NCBI GenBank assembly: GCA_963169675.1
Contig: CAUJFJ010000009.1
Coordinates: forward strand, 256 to 64,255
Length of the DNA stretch: 64,000 bases
Direction: 5' to 3'
Source: Bacteroidota bacterium
Lineage (GTDB): Bacteria; Bacteroidota; Bacteroidia; AKYH767-A; OLB10
Part shown: one piece after another, positions 39,574 to 49,094 of the stretch
Numbering within the stretch: position 1 is the first letter of the stretch
Layout of the letters: every line of letters starts with the position of its first letter
Position numbers and translations under genes: made by a program
Notes under the pieces: generated by a model
What the model was told of the DNA's origin: nothing
Databases searched by the model: none
The model's input: only the letters and a program-made list of their open reading frames with translations

Positions 39574-42246
39574 TTACATCTTCAAAAATTTTCCCGTCTT
39601 AAAAACGTTGCCAATCCGAATTTTAACAAAAAACAATCCTTCTGACAGTTGACTGATATCCAATTCATCAGTAGTATTACCGGTTCTCACATTCAAAATT
39701 GTTTGTCCTAATACATCAGAAATAACAATTTCGTCAATTATGTTATTATTTGGATTATCTGAAAAAGTAAATTTTATTGATTCCCATGAGGGATTTGGAT
39801 AGACAATCAAATTGTTTTTTTCAGATAAAATCGGCTCTGCCAAAGAAGTTGGCAAAACAATTTCTGTAATTGCCGTATTTGTAATAACGGGCGGATTAAA
39901 ATCAAAATATATCGCGGCTGAATTTAAAATACTGTCGCCTACCATAAGGTTTGATTTTGGTTGGATACGATACCTAACAAATCCATGACTTAGGGGTTCA
40001 TTTACTATGCTGTCCGGCAGAAGTATATTTTCAAAAAGAAATTCAGCATTCATTTCCCACGTAATCCAATTAATTTTCACAGTGTGGGAAGAACTTACAA
40101 ATTCAAAACTGTTAATATTTAAAAAATTAGTGTCAATAGGGTTCAGAATTTTTACAGTAAAGGCGGTATCGTTCCCTGTATTTTGGAAACGGATTAGGTA
40201 TTCAAGATACTGCCCATTGGAAACTTCGATATCAGTTAATTTACCCTTACTTACTAAAATATCATTTGGGTCAAAGCTGCCTGTAGTAATAACTTCCCAA
40301 AAACTTTGATTATTCTGCGGGTTGGCATCTCCAATCAGAGGTTCTATTTTAACTCCTGAATTTACGGTACTTCCTAATGGCAGACCGGCATTAATGTTTA
40401 CAGTTATAAATAATTGTGTAGTTTGAAAAGGTGTTAGCGGCAACAGATTCCAGACAATAGAGTCAGTCGTTATGAGACTTGGAGTCATGGTGGAGGATAC
40501 AAACGTTACACTATCATCCGGATAAAAAATAATCGTTGGAGTCATAACGGTATTTCCAACGTTGGAATAGCTAACAATATAAGAAGCATTAAAACCATTT
40601 GTAAAATTTCCTATTGGAGAAATGCTAATACTCAAATCGTTTATAGTTCCAATAGGTTGATAAGCAAAGTCATTTAATAAATCAATTTGTTGAAAAGAGT
40701 TAAATGACGCACTTTGAGAAGAAGGGGTTGGAGTAAACAGATTTAAATTAGTTGCCGGAAATACTTCAAAATTACCTGTATCCGGAAGGCTTAAATAAAA
40801 TGTTCCATCACTTTGTGTAAAAGAAAACCTGTTCGTATTAATTTCTGTAATCTTATTGTTCGGCAGCCAGGGTTCATTACTATCTTTAATATTATTAGAA
40901 TTATAATCAACAAACGAATTTCCACTTATCAGATTATAATTTCCAGCAATCTTCATAACCCAAAAATCACCGCCCCCAATTGGAGCTTCTGTTTTGTCTG
41001 ATGATATATCAGAACTTGATGGCCCACCGCATATATACCCGCCAGAAGGGATTTGTTGAATGGACCTGATTTCATCCTTATAATTTCCACCAATGGTATT
41101 TTGCCACATTATTCTACCCAATGAATCCAATTTAACCAGCCAAAAATCATCCACTCCTTTATTATTCTCGCTTTTATCACCGGAGATTGTAGATCTTGAG
41201 ACTCCTCCACAAATATATCCTTGATCTGAAGTTTTTTCAATCGAAAAAAGTTCATCTAAACTATTGCCCCCAATTGTATTTTGCCATAAAATGTTTCCAG
41301 AGTCATCAATTTTAATAATCCAAAAATCAAATGAACCTAAACTGTTTTCTGTCTTATTTCCTGAGCTGTCTGATAAAGAATACCCACCTAAAATAAATCC
41401 ATTGTCATTAGTTGATTGTATTGCTGTTAAGTAATCAAAATCATCTCCCCCATAGTGATTCTGCCATAAAACGCTTCCTAAAGAATCAATCATTACAACC
41501 CAATAGTCAGTTGAACCATACGTAGGAAATCGTGTATTGCCAGCACTTATATAATTTCCATTTGCCAATTGCGAAATTGATGTCAGGTAATCGTAATTAA
41601 CACCTCCGATGGTTTGTTGCCATTCAATATTTCCGGATACATCCAATTTTAATATCCACATGTCAAAATATCCATATGAATTTGAAGTCTTGTCTCCTGA
41701 TGAGTCTGATAAAGAATACCCACCACAAATGAATCCTCCATCGGAAGTTTGTTCAATAGATCCGAACCAATCATCATCATTACCCCCGATTGTATTTTGC
41801 CATTGAATATTACCTGAAGAATCAAGTTTTACAATCCAATAATCATTTAACCCTAAACAATTTTCATTCTTGTCCCCGGAAATATCAGAAGAAGATTGTC
41901 CTCCACATATATATCCATTATCAGAAGTAAGGTTTATAGTCATGATCTTATCGTAGCCCGAACCACCTATAGTATTTTGCCATTGCACATTTCCTGAGGC
42001 ATCAAGTTTTACAATCCAATAGTCATAACCGCCTTCAGAATTTTCATTTTTATCACCCGAAACATTTGAATTTGATAATCCCGCACACACTACTCCACCA
42101 TCACTGGTAATTTTCATATTATATAAAACATCAACTGAATCTCCCCCGATTGTATTTTGCCATAGAATCTCCTGGCTATACATTGGATTATGAATAATAA
42201 AGCACGATGCGAACAGGATGAAGGTGAAAAAGGGATTTACGCTCAT
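39574..42246 (-). CDS. SBBP beta-propeller-repeat protein (paralog of 36581..39283) with a T9SS C-terminal sorting domain
   Basis: Same repeat architecture (GG...D....TSDGG.ICGG.S.S..SGDK.ENS.G..D.W.VKLD.SGN..WQNTIGG), the same SFDPNDILVS...IRFQNTGNDTAFTVKILNPIDT block and a C-terminal CTD. Confidence 0.6.
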   Translation of the reverse strand: MSVNPFFTFILFASCFIIHNPMYSQEILWQNTIGGDSVDVLYNMKITSDGGVVCAGLSNSNVSGDKNENSEGGYDYWIVKLDASGNVQWQNTIGGSGYDKIMTINLTSDNGYICGGQSSSDISGDKNENCLGLNDYWIVKLDSSGNIQWQNTIGGNDDDWFGSIEQTSDGGFICGGYSLSDSSGDKTSNSYGYFDMWILKLDVSGNIEWQQTIGGVNYDYLTSISQLANGNYISAGNTRFPTYGSTDYWVVMIDSLGSVLWQNHYGGDDFDYLTAIQSTNDNGFILGGYSLSDSSGNKTENSLGSFDFWIIKIDDSGNILWQNTIGGNSLDELFSIEKTSDQGYICGGVSRSTISGDKSENNKGVDDFWLVKLDSLGRIMWQNTIGGNYKDEIRSIQQIPSGGYICGGPSSSDISSDKTEAPIGGGDFWVMKIAGNYNLISGNSFVDYNSNNIKDSNEPWLPNNKITEINTNRFSFTQSDGTFYLSLPDTGNFEVFPATNLNLFTPTPSSQSASFNSFQQIDLLNDFAYQPIGTINDLSISISPIGNFTNGFNASYIVSYSNVGNTVMTPTIIFYPDDSVTFVSSTMTPSLITTDSIVWNLLPLTPFQTTQLFITVNINAGLPLGSTVNSGVKIEPLIGDANPQNNQSFWEVITTGSFDPNDILVSKGKLTDIEVSNGQYLEYLIRFQNTGNDTAFTVKILNPIDTNFLNINSFEFVSSSHTVKINWITWEMNAEFLFENILLPDSIVNEPLSHGFVRYRIQPKSNLMVGDSILNSAAIYFDFNPPVITNTAITEIVLPTSLAEPILSEKNNLIVYPNPSWESIKFTFSDNPNNNIIDEIVISDVLGQTILNVRTGNTTDELDISQLSEGLFFVKIRIGNVFKTGKFLKM

Positions 42247-42577
42247 TAATTTGTTGTTTAAGTAAAGATAAAAAATAATATTGAGTTTATAAAGGTATAA
42301 TTCATCCCAAGAAACGAAGTAACCGAAAAAATCAGAAGCTATCCAAATCAGAATTATTTCGCTCCTTCGCTTCGAATTTCAAAAACACTCCCTTAAGCAA
42401 TTCCAAAATCATTCACTATAGTTCCTGAATACGAATCGCTTTCTGGGCGAGCTTCCGAATCATGCCAACACCTTGAAACGTGAAAGCCGCATCGGATTGC
42501 GATTAATTTGCCATATATGATAATCTGTGAAAGATTCATGGAAGATGTTAGAATGATTTGAAGTGGATTTGGCAAAT

Positions 42578-45500
42578 TTATTGAATGATAATTTTCTGAT
42601 AGTAACTTTTATTATGTGACATTAATTCAAGAATGTATATGCCTTCTGAAAGGTTATTTTTTGAAATTGAAAATGAACTTTTGTAAGTACTGAATTTATA
42701 AATAATTTTACCCGTTATCGATCTTAAAGTCACTTCAAATTTTTCTTCATTTCTATTTGGGAATAAAATATTAGCTGTATTAGAAAATGGGTTTGGTGAA
42801 ACTCTTACATGTTCATTAAGAAATATGTCCTCGGTACTAACAATTTCATCAACCATAGTATTGAATACTTGGTTGGTAGTAATGGAGCTATTGAAGTTAA
42901 AAATAATGTAGGCTTGATTATTTACAATTGAGTTATTAGGTGTAGTTAATTTTGTTAATGCTTTAAAATGAATGTATCCACAACTATTTGTATAACTAAC
43001 CGATGAGTCCGGCAAATTACAGGTTGGAAAATCAAAAATCAAAACTCCATTTTCATTGATTAAATTATATGGATGACTTGCTGAAATTACTTCAATTGAT
43101 TGCGGGTTAATATTGATATCTAATGTATCTATTATTTTTACAAAAAAAGCAGTATCATTTCCAACATTCTGAAAACGTATTATATAATTTAAAGTATCAG
43201 ATTTAAGTGTTAAATGTTGGGAAGTCAGGCCTATTGGGAATACTCTTTTATCATTTGGATCAAAGGCGCATACAATTTCCTCATCGATACTCTGAAAGTT
43301 GGATTGCGTTGGAATACCGCCATTATAATATTGCAACGTTGCCTGATTATGGACCGAATCCCCTGGGCTAAGTGGTATTTCAATATTTAAATTTATATAA
43401 TTATTCAAAAAGGGAATCAGACTTGTAAAATTCCATCTGTACGAGGATCCAGAGATTTGATCAGGTGGTGGAAAGGAACTTATAAAAGTACATGAAGTGT
43501 CCATATTAAATTCAACATATCCCGAATCAAGCATTGAACCAATATTCTTATAATTTATCCAATAAGGTACTTCAAATCCACATCGGTTAATTCCTGAATA
43601 CATGTTTAGTTCATAATTCCTTACTCCGTTAGTGGTTAATCCAAAATCATATCCTGAAAGCGCTAAAGAATCAACAGAAATATTATAACTTAACGAATCG
43701 CTTGAGATGTGCCAAGCAGGGTGGGGGACAGGGGCCAATGAATAGTTTCCCGGCAATACAAAAAGCGAATATTGGCCTATACTATTCGTTGAATAATTTG
43801 AATTGAAGGGTGAGGCAACTATGCGTTGATTGCTCAAAAAAGGTTCTCCTGCATTTTTAATTCCATTTGAATCTACATCAAAATAGCAATGGCCCGAAAC
43901 CTTCAAGTGAGGCAATGTAGGAGTATCATAGTTCAATCCTCTTTCATTAAACACTGCTATTCCGCCTCTTGTTGTCGATAGCCAGATATTATTATATTTA
44001 TCGATAGCCATGTCGTATGAGGAGAAATATGGTAAACCGGAATTAAAAATATCATACACCACCCAGGTATTCCCATCAAATTTTGCCAGTCCGGTTTGAA
44101 GAAAAGAGACCCATAAGTTATTGTATTTATCAACTTTCATAGCACCTATATAGTTTCCAGGCAGCTGATTGATTACTGTCCAGTTTGTTCCATCGTATTT
44201 CGCTAATTTGTGTGGAGGAATGCTTCCAGCGCCATTTGCTGACACATATATATTTCCTTGCAGGTCTTCACAAATATTTCCTGCGCTTGCACTTGCAAAA
44301 CCCAAAGCAGTGAGATTATATGTTTGCCACCCTGAACCATCAAATTTTTGAAGTCCCCCATCATTTGAGACCCAAATATTGTTGTGTTTGTCTGCATATA
44401 CCTTCCAGACATAGTTATCAAGTAATGGCGAATTGCCTGCACTATAATGTGTCCAATTTGTGCCATCAAATTTGTATACTCCATTATATGTTGCAAACCA
44501 TTTGTTATTTGAAGGGTCAACACAAACATTATTGCATGTACTGCTGTTGATTGGGGAAAATTCCCAGATATTCCCATCATAACTCACTGCAATTGGGCCT
44601 CCAGCCATTGATGAATAAGAAAGACTAGCCCAAAATTTATTATCATGATCAACTGCAAGATAATTTGGACCATAGCAATTTGGGGGCAGACTGTCATAAA
44701 CAATCCATGAAGTATCAGTTTTAATAACAAGGTCTCTCATATTTGAGATAAGAGCATCACCATTCTGATTCACAGTTACCGCTGATGTGTGCCAATGAGT
44801 CAAATCTGTTGCTGAAGTGTTATAGTGTTTCCAATTTAGTGAATCTTTTTTGTAAATGCCATTATTGGATGTTCCTGTCCAAATATTATTTGAGGAGTCT
44901 AGTGTACAACCAAAAAAACGATATTGAGCAGAAGGACTGTTTGAGGTATCATATTCTACAGTCCATGAAATCCCATTGGTTTTTAATAATTGATTACCAT
45001 TACAAATATAAACATAACCTGAATCATCAGGAGTAATTTCATCTATTGCAGAATAGATTAATGGGGAGTTGGAAGTGTCATAAACCATCCAGGAGCTATT
45101 ATCAAAATGGTGAAGCTTTTGATAAGCATCTGCCCAAATCTTAAATTGGGAATCTACTGTAATGGAGCTGGCATAAACTCCATTTAGTAAGCTATTAGTA
45201 GTGATTAATTGCCAGTTAGAACCATCATACTTGATAAACTTATCATCTAAAAGTATCCACAAATTTTTGTTTATGTCTGTAGTAATACACTTAAATGTAA
45301 TTCCAGGGATTCCTGGTATTGAGCTAAATGTATTGAATGTGTTCCCATCAAATTGTATTAGTCCTTGGGCACCTGTAAGTGGATTTATCCCTATAAACCA
45401 GATATTGTTGTTGAAATCATATTCTAAATGAAAAACTGGACCTGTTTGAAAATGCTTCCAAGTAGTGCCCATCAATAAATAGACCCCGTTTGCTGATGCG

Positions 45501-45772
45501 ATCCATTTGTTGTGGTTGAGATCAACCTCAACATAATGCAATTCATTTGTATTCAGCCCAGAATTCGAGGCGTTAAAAAATGTAGTAGTTCCTGTAGAGG
45601 GTACAATCTTTACAAGTCCACCAACTGTCGAAACCCAAACTGTATCCTCTTCAAATGCGATATTCCGTGTTTCAAGTCCGCAGGTATAATTTACCCAGAA
45701 ACCATTATTTTGCTGACCAAAGGAGTTTAAGCTTTGCAATGTAAAAAGAAGGATAATGAGGCAATATTTCAT
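42578..45772 (-). CDS. Two-component-regulator-propeller (Reg_prop) repeat protein with a T9SS C-terminal sorting domain (1064 aa)
   Basis: Many NNIW.(S/G)T..GL.KFDG..W..Y repeats. Signal peptide MKYCLIILLFTLQSLNSFGQQ. C-terminal VSPNPFSNTANILF...GIYILELMSHNKSYYQKIIIQ CTD. Confidence 0.55.
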   Translation of the reverse strand: MKYCLIILLFTLQSLNSFGQQNNGFWVNYTCGLETRNIAFEEDTVWVSTVGGLVKIVPSTGTTTFFNASNSGLNTNELHYVEVDLNHNKWIASANGVYLLMGTTWKHFQTGPVFHLEYDFNNNIWFIGINPLTGAQGLIQFDGNTFNTFSSIPGIPGITFKCITTDINKNLWILLDDKFIKYDGSNWQLITTNSLLNGVYASSITVDSQFKIWADAYQKLHHFDNSSWMVYDTSNSPLIYSAIDEITPDDSGYVYICNGNQLLKTNGISWTVEYDTSNSPSAQYRFFGCTLDSSNNIWTGTSNNGIYKKDSLNWKHYNTSATDLTHWHTSAVTVNQNGDALISNMRDLVIKTDTSWIVYDSLPPNCYGPNYLAVDHDNKFWASLSYSSMAGGPIAVSYDGNIWEFSPINSSTCNNVCVDPSNNKWFATYNGVYKFDGTNWTHYSAGNSPLLDNYVWKVYADKHNNIWVSNDGGLQKFDGSGWQTYNLTALGFASASAGNICEDLQGNIYVSANGAGSIPPHKLAKYDGTNWTVINQLPGNYIGAMKVDKYNNLWVSFLQTGLAKFDGNTWVVYDIFNSGLPYFSSYDMAIDKYNNIWLSTTRGGIAVFNERGLNYDTPTLPHLKVSGHCYFDVDSNGIKNAGEPFLSNQRIVASPFNSNYSTNSIGQYSLFVLPGNYSLAPVPHPAWHISSDSLSYNISVDSLALSGYDFGLTTNGVRNYELNMYSGINRCGFEVPYWINYKNIGSMLDSGYVEFNMDTSCTFISSFPPPDQISGSSYRWNFTSLIPFLNNYINLNIEIPLSPGDSVHNQATLQYYNGGIPTQSNFQSIDEEIVCAFDPNDKRVFPIGLTSQHLTLKSDTLNYIIRFQNVGNDTAFFVKIIDTLDININPQSIEVISASHPYNLINENGVLIFDFPTCNLPDSSVSYTNSCGYIHFKALTKLTTPNNSIVNNQAYIIFNFNSSITTNQVFNTMVDEIVSTEDIFLNEHVRVSPNPFSNTANILFPNRNEEKFEVTLRSITGKIIYKFSTYKSSFSISKNNLSEGIYILELMSHNKSYYQKIIIQ

Positions 45773-45906
45773 TGTAGGTAATTTAGGATTATTTAGTTCT
45801 AAATGGAATTCCCTTACTCCCGCATTTGCCTAACTGCTGAGGCTGTGCGTAAATGAAGATGGAGATGAAAGTGAAGAGTGCGAGTAAAACATATTTCACT
45901 TTCATA

Positions 45907-48429
45907 TTAATATTTTACCAATTTACTTCTGTAATAATTAAACCCTTTTCCTTTTATATTAACGAAATAAATTGCCGGAGGTAATTCTGAAATATCGATT
46001 TCAGTTTGGATTGTTCCTGCAATTATTTCTTTATTAATAATGGCTTTTCCCAGAGCATCGTTAATTTGAAGTGAACAATTGCTGAGTAATGATGTCTTGA
46101 AATTTATTGTGACTTTATCGGAAGCAGGGTTTGGTGCTAAAGTTAAAATGTCATTTAACACATGTTCATTTATATTCACAAAAAAGTTTAAGGTATCACG
46201 ATAAACTCTAACGCAGGAATTAGTATCTGTCACTGTAATTTTATATGGGCCAACAGGTAAATTGAAAATGGAATCTCCTGAGAGTGTTCCAATGGTTGGT
46301 GTCCATGTTATGCTATAAGGTGGAGTAGCATTAACAATGTTTAATGCGATTATCCCATCGCTACAGCTCGAACAGGAAGGATCTGTTGAAAGTCCGGTAA
46401 ATACTATTTGAGGAGGATTGGGAACAGTTATTAGGAACGTATCTGTACATCCAGTAAAGTCACTAAGGTATAATTCGAATGTTCCAGCACCTTCATCTAT
46501 TAACGGATTAGTAGCCCATCCTATAAATGGCCAGTAGCATTGAAAGGGAGGGACACCACCTGAAGTGTTAATAGTAATGGAAGAACCATTGCCACTATTA
46601 TAGCAATAGGGACTTATTATAGCAGAAGTCATTGTGAATGAACTGTCAATGGTTACAGATAGGGTATCAATACACTGGTTAGCTGAAGTTATGGTTAATG
46701 AGTAGTTACCTGGACAGAGATTTGAAAGATAAGGTAAGGTATCTCCGGTATTCCACAAATATGATGTTTGACTCGGCCCTTCTGTGTAAGAGACGGCAAT
46801 ACTAGCTGTGCAATTATCAATACAAGTAGGATTTGTTATCACATCGATAAATGGTTCGGATATTTCAATGGTATCTGTTTTCACACAACCGGAACTATCC
46901 GTGAAAGTATAAATATAGCTCCCTGCACAAAGAGAATCTAAAATAGTTGAAGTGCTGCCGGTGTTCCAAACTAAAGAATAGTTAGTGGAAAAAGAGGGTG
47001 GAAAAATTTCAATTGATCCATTACACAATTGACCACAACTATTTTCGATAGCACTTGTAACATAACAAGGGAAGGATTTTGTTTGAGATGAGCTGAACGC
47101 ACCTGTTTGATCTGAAATTGTTACAGTGTATGGCCCCGGACCATTATATTGATGCCACAATACATGTCCGTTATTGACGGAAGTTATTCCATCACCAAAA
47201 TCATATACAATGGAATCGGTTCCAATAGTATAATTCCGAACACGAATTATGGGTAAACCAGTTTGTGCGTATAAGTCGGTAAGATAAAATTGAGGAACAA
47301 TGGTTGTAGGGTAATTGCCCCATCCAAGAGAATCATTATAACCCCTGATATGTGACCCATTTAAATCGTTCCATGAAACGGTTCCATCTTGAATAGCTAG
47401 TGAATTTGCACCGGGTGCGGAAATGGAATCTATTTTAAAGGAATGTGTAACTAAATCATATGTCTTAAAATGAACGCTGGTTCCATTTATAGTGCTGTCA
47501 ATAAAACTTATAATTCGGTCTTTTATAATGATGGTATCGTTTAAGGGATGAAATAAGGTATCAGTTTGCCATGAATTAAGCGGTTCATCATAATATGCAA
47601 AGTAGTTATGAAAAGGAGCCATGGTAGTCCATGTATTAAATATTCCTTTATGCATTCTACCATATGAAGTGTTGTTCGCAGCATATTTATTCCAGGTATG
47701 AAGCATTGAATTGTAAGCATAAATTCCATCATTTTCACAAGGACCTGAGCCCGATTTAAAATAATCATCTACCATACTACTTCCATTAAAATAACATCCG
47801 ACTGAGGCCGATTTATAAGTAGAAATTGAAGGATCGAAAATAGTAAGGTAGCCATCGCCAATTTGTAAATCTGAACTGGTAAATGCCATTGCCCACATTG
47901 ATATTGATCCCATACTCCAATCAGGATCGATAAATGTTGAGAGTTTTTTCCATAAATGTTGGTTCAATTCGTATTTTTCTACTGTTGTTTGATGCTTATC
48001 GTCAACTGTATCAAATAATTTTTCGTATATTATTCCAGCATCATTTGCTGCAATCCATGCACCAGGATACATAGGATCACTATGAAATTTTTCAACAGCA
48101 GCAAACTGGTGTAAAAAATGATCATAGGTAATGAAACCAAAAACGCTGTCGGTAGGGCCTGGACTTATAGCATTATAGCCAACGAAGGCCCCATCACTAT
48201 TTGAAACCTGCAAATTTGTTTGATAGTATGGAGTAAAGTAATACTGATAAGAAGCCAGCACCGAATCGTAAACTGAAAAAATAATCCGGTTTTGATTCCC
48301 GGCATTATCGATAATTGCATTTATGGGATACTGTTGAATGTAATTTTGTGATTGGACACATTTGGTGACAAAGAGCATACAGCTAATGAAAACTACAATA
48401 CGAATCATTTGATTAGAACATTTAATCAA
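45907..48429 (-). CDS. Large secreted protein with a T9SS C-terminal sorting domain (paralog of 33474..35897)
   Basis: Signal peptide MIRIVVFISCMLFVTKCVQSQ (possible start at 48408). Paralogous N-terminal region. Cys-rich repeated C-terminal modules and a LAPNPASDKVTINF...AIYFVNIKGKGFNYYRSKLVKY CTD. Confidence 0.6.
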   Translation of the reverse strand: MIKCSNQMIRIVVFISCMLFVTKCVQSQNYIQQYPINAIIDNAGNQNRIIFSVYDSVLASYQYYFTPYYQTNLQVSNSDGAFVGYNAISPGPTDSVFGFITYDHFLHQFAAVEKFHSDPMYPGAWIAANDAGIIYEKLFDTVDDKHQTTVEKYELNQHLWKKLSTFIDPDWSMGSISMWAMAFTSSDLQIGDGYLTIFDPSISTYKSASVGCYFNGSSMVDDYFKSGSGPCENDGIYAYNSMLHTWNKYAANNTSYGRMHKGIFNTWTTMAPFHNYFAYYDEPLNSWQTDTLFHPLNDTIIIKDRIISFIDSTINGTSVHFKTYDLVTHSFKIDSISAPGANSLAIQDGTVSWNDLNGSHIRGYNDSLGWGNYPTTIVPQFYLTDLYAQTGLPIIRVRNYTIGTDSIVYDFGDGITSVNNGHVLWHQYNGPGPYTVTISDQTGAFSSSQTKSFPCYVTSAIENSCGQLCNGSIEIFPPSFSTNYSLVWNTGSTSTILDSLCAGSYIYTFTDSSGCVKTDTIEISEPFIDVITNPTCIDNCTASIAVSYTEGPSQTSYLWNTGDTLPYLSNLCPGNYSLTITSANQCIDTLSVTIDSSFTMTSAIISPYCYNSGNGSSITINTSGGVPPFQCYWPFIGWATNPLIDEGAGTFELYLSDFTGCTDTFLITVPNPPQIVFTGLSTDPSCSSCSDGIIALNIVNATPPYSITWTPTIGTLSGDSIFNLPVGPYKITVTDTNSCVRVYRDTLNFFVNINEHVLNDILTLAPNPASDKVTINFKTSLLSNCSLQINDALGKAIINKEIIAGTIQTEIDISELPPAIYFVNIKGKGFNYYRSKLVKY

Positions 48430-48507
48430 AGTTATGCAAAAAGGAGTGAAATGCGAAATTTGGGGTTTAATGAAGTTGAACTTATCAGAAAGTGTTCAAA
48501 ACCTCAG

Positions 48508-48569
48508 CCCTGAAGCGTGAATGCCCCGCCGGTTAGGCGAGGCTTTCTCTGCTTCAGGGGTGAGCCTAC
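48508..48569. repeat. REP-like nested hairpin element (CCCTGAAGC..GCCCCGCC GGTTA GGCGAGGC..GCTTCAGGG) followed by a 10-nt tRNA-3'-end-like tail (GTGAGCCTAC)
   Basis: A 9-bp outer stem plus an 8-12-bp inner stem. The tail matches tRNA-Met 3'-end positions 52080-52089 with one mismatch. Confidence 0.65.
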
Positions 48570-49094
48570 GCCCGTCAATATTTCAGTTGTTAAATCGATT
48601 GATTTAAAGGGGTTTACAACATTAGGCGCTTATGCAAATAAGATGTTTAATTTGCATTTTTGAAACCGCACAGGGTCCTACTTATTAAAGGTGCTTTTTA
48701 TCAAACTAATGTCATTATTTATATTGTCTTGGTGGAACAAATTTGTGTTTTCAGCTGCACTTTATACTAAGCAGATTTGAGTTTATCAAAAGATAAATTT
48801 GCTCTTGGAGTTTACATTATTGGAAACATCGCAGGAGAGCTAAGTGTACTGAAAAGGATAATTGTATGCAGCTAAGAAATTGCACAGATTTGTCTGCTTG
48901 CACCCATAAAATATTTCTATTTTATATTGAATTAGAGCTTTTTATGAAAAATAATCGTAATTGTACTTTGAAAGACAATATACCAGTCTGGTGGTTTTTT
49001 TTAAAAGTTGATATTTAATAAAATACTACAAATTGGAAAGCTAACTATTTAATGAAGTTTTTTCATACCTTTATGTATATCTAAATACTCCTAC